Part shown: in pieces, positions 61,426-64,000 of the stretch
Numbering within the stretch: position 1 is the first letter of the stretch
Layout of the letters: each line of letters starts with the position of its first letter
Source of the DNA: Octopus vulgaris
Lineage: Eukaryota
Length of the DNA stretch: 64,000 bases
Assembly: GCA_951406725.2 (NCBI GenBank)
Contig: OX597818.1
Coordinates: 5,208,001-5,272,000 of the forward strand
Direction: 5' to 3'
Program-made: the position numbers and the translations under genes
Notes under the pieces: model-generated
Databases searched by the model: none
What the model was told of the DNA's origin: nothing
What the model saw: the letters and a program-made list of their open reading frames with translations, nothing else

Positions 61426-64000
61426 TATTTCCTTGTAGAGTACAATATATTTAGAGATTTTCATTTACCATTATATGTACATAAAAATGTATGTACACGT
61501 AGATTATGTAAAACTGACTAATATCGAAGACAGCTGAGTGGCAGTGCTCCGTTACATCGTATGTCGTTAACTAACAATACCCTTCAATATATTGCTGCCA
61601 TATATGACCATGTTATTTGCATTTTAGTTTCAGATACATTATATGTAACATGTGCCAATAAACCGATAATTTGTGCATGCTAATTTTCTGTCAAAGGAAT
61701 CTATATAATAAAACTGCTTTCAATAAAGTGTCTGTCACTCGCCACTTTCTTCAAAAGTACACATCAATATAATTTGCAGTGTATAACACTTTTGTTGTGG
61801 TACTATTTCAGATGGCTTCACATAGAAATTGAATAAGCAACGAAACAGAAATGCATGCCATTCTATGTAGCAAGGAGGAGAATATTAATCAATATGTTAT
61901 TAACCTCTGGCTTCACGGTCACGTCATTGGACTGTTTACCTCTCAGTGTGGAATACGTCAAATATAGTAACTGTAATATTTATCTGGAACTGAGCCCGTC
62001 TTGCCGTCAAATATTTCCTATTAGAGAATATAATAAAGACCTTCAATCAATTCTCATACGTATGTGTATTCTGTAAGTATGCAGCTGCATATATTTCCAA
62101 CATAAATGAAGCATCACAATGGAATATTGAAACGAATAATAAAAAAAGGTTGCATAAAATCAAGTGAAAACTTGAACGGGGCTGGGTGTCACAGTAAATT
62201 CCTATTTACATGCACATGATAGTAACAACTCCAGAACAAATGCATGGCAATGAAAAATCGTATTTCGCAACATCTTTATGAATTTTAAGACAAATTCTAT
62301 TGATTAGGCCACCAAATTACAAGTGCTAACCTTTTCTGATAACCTTTCGTGGATATAACATGATATATCTGGCTACCTGCCATTCAAAAGCAGTTACAGC
62401 TGTATAAAGTCATTTCTTTTACATTTGATGTAAGATGTATTTATCATTCATTTTTGAGATGAATCTGATTATAGTTTTTATTTTTTAATTTCCTTCACCT
62501 ATCTCATTTGTCATTCGGTGTTGTAATTACCATTTGGAATGTCCAACGTGTTAAAAAAGGTCTTTAAATGGGTTCAGCCGGCATTACACAGAAACAAAAC
62601 TCATTGCTCGAATGCCAAAATTGATATATTTTTATATGCTCTAATAACAATGTAAACATAGTTTCTATTTTAATTTAAACGAAAAGTTATATAAACATAC
62701 TGATTTCATATGAGCTACTGCATGTTGATAATATTATATAAAGATGTTTGATAATATTATATAAAGTTGTATGGAAACAAACTGAAATTACAACTGTTAC
62801 TCGCACCGGTGTATATTATAGCTGCACGTACGATATTTTCACTTATTGATTTAGATATGTAGTTTTGAACGGACCTAGCGACTGCTCGGCTTCCAAAGAC
62901 AGTTCTATCTTAAAATCAAATAGGTGGCCTTTTGCGATTTAGAAAACTGCATCTGGGCTCGTTTGATACTCATCTCAGCTGTGTAGAGGGAAACAGCATG
63001 AAATATAGACCATTTTTGAACAACACAAACAGTCACTGCCTGCTCAAAGCTATTTACGTTTAACTAAAGATTTCCTCATTCTGTTATTTTTTTATATGCA
63101 ATTCGTATAAGTATTTTAAACTTTATATGTTTTGAAAGTCTTATGGAGCGGATATATTTGGCTGGGCACAACATAAATTTGTGTTAGATTGCTTTTGAGA
63201 AATAAATATTCATTCCAGTTTTACAATTAGAAAATCTGGAATTTATTGCGATATCGTCGCTATATTCAAAACTGAGGGAGAATTTATCTTTTGAGATTGT
63301 TACGGATTGATATACTTTTGGCAAATGACTCTCTGCAATGTGTGCAGAGGTTCTCAGATGGTAGCTGTAAGAAGGGTGTATGGAAGCGTATCTCGAATTT
63401 AGAGGGACGACAATCAAACAAGAAGAAATATACAGCTGGTGCGCAACATGCACGAACAAAGGCGGGAAGTAGGTTACTGGGTTACATGAAAACCAAGAAC
63501 ACACTAAGAATTATCTTCTTTTGTACATCACAGATGATTATTTAGTGAAGATTGAGATATCATAAACAAGGGAGACGGTGGATTTCGTGGGTCTCCTCAT
63601 ACTGATATCGTTAATTTTCACAACACAATGTGTGAGATGCAGACGAATGATCAGGCATAGATGTAACGAGTCAGATTATTTGTGAAAGAGATGCATCACA
63701 TTTACTATGCATGTATTAATAAAGCCGTTTTAAGGATTTCCAGCCGAACAATAGAACGAGGAAACACCGCAAAAAAGATAGCACTTAGACAAACGTTATC
63801 AACAACAGGTATTATATAAGGAGAAAATTGCCATTGCTAATATTGGATCCAGAAAACGGCTAGTTACAGTTAGAAGCATAATCAGAAGCAAGGGAAATCT
63901 GAACCACCTTCAGTCTGGAGCGATTAGGGCTCAAAACCCATTTGTATCGTTTCCATTCACGCAATGTTTTCAAAACATCTTAAACCCAGTTTATCTCTCC

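Noticed and set aside
61812-62076. Plus-strand exon with TTTCAG acceptor and GTAAGT donor
   Set aside because: Stops follow the acceptor, the peptide is unrecognisable, and no partner exons were found; unsupported without RNA data.

Overview
AT-rich, microsatellite-dense eukaryotic DNA, most likely from an octopus (coleoid cephalopod). The taxon is inferred from OR1/OR2/OK-like tRNA-derived SINEs and the repeat landscape. No intact host gene, rRNA, tRNA gene or CRISPR array is supportable. The window is a nested mosaic of mobile elements: several Penelope-like retroelements (PLEs; two Neptune-type RT/GIY-YIG copies and several relics of an 'IIWFNPP' type) in (TA)n tracts, a Chapaev3-like DNA transposon inserted into a PLE with a clean 3-bp TSD, mariner/Tc1 relics, a near full-length CR1-group LINE with a CCCH-finger ORF1, R4/Dong-type LINE relics, an RTE relic, an L1/Tx1 LINE inside a (TATC)n tract, non-autonomous Helitrons and many SINEs. 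The most interesting unannotated signal is RNA structure. PLE termini carry minimal type-I hammerhead ribozyme motifs with non-standard cores (U10.1-U11.1, a U3-A8 covariant, long branched stem II), some in coding-free inverted-repeat elements. A pseudoknot-like fold lies in the R4/Dong 5' UTR. Scattered exon-like islands may be a decayed minus-strand host gene (low confidence). All folds and alignments were read by eye, and most element boundaries are approximate.
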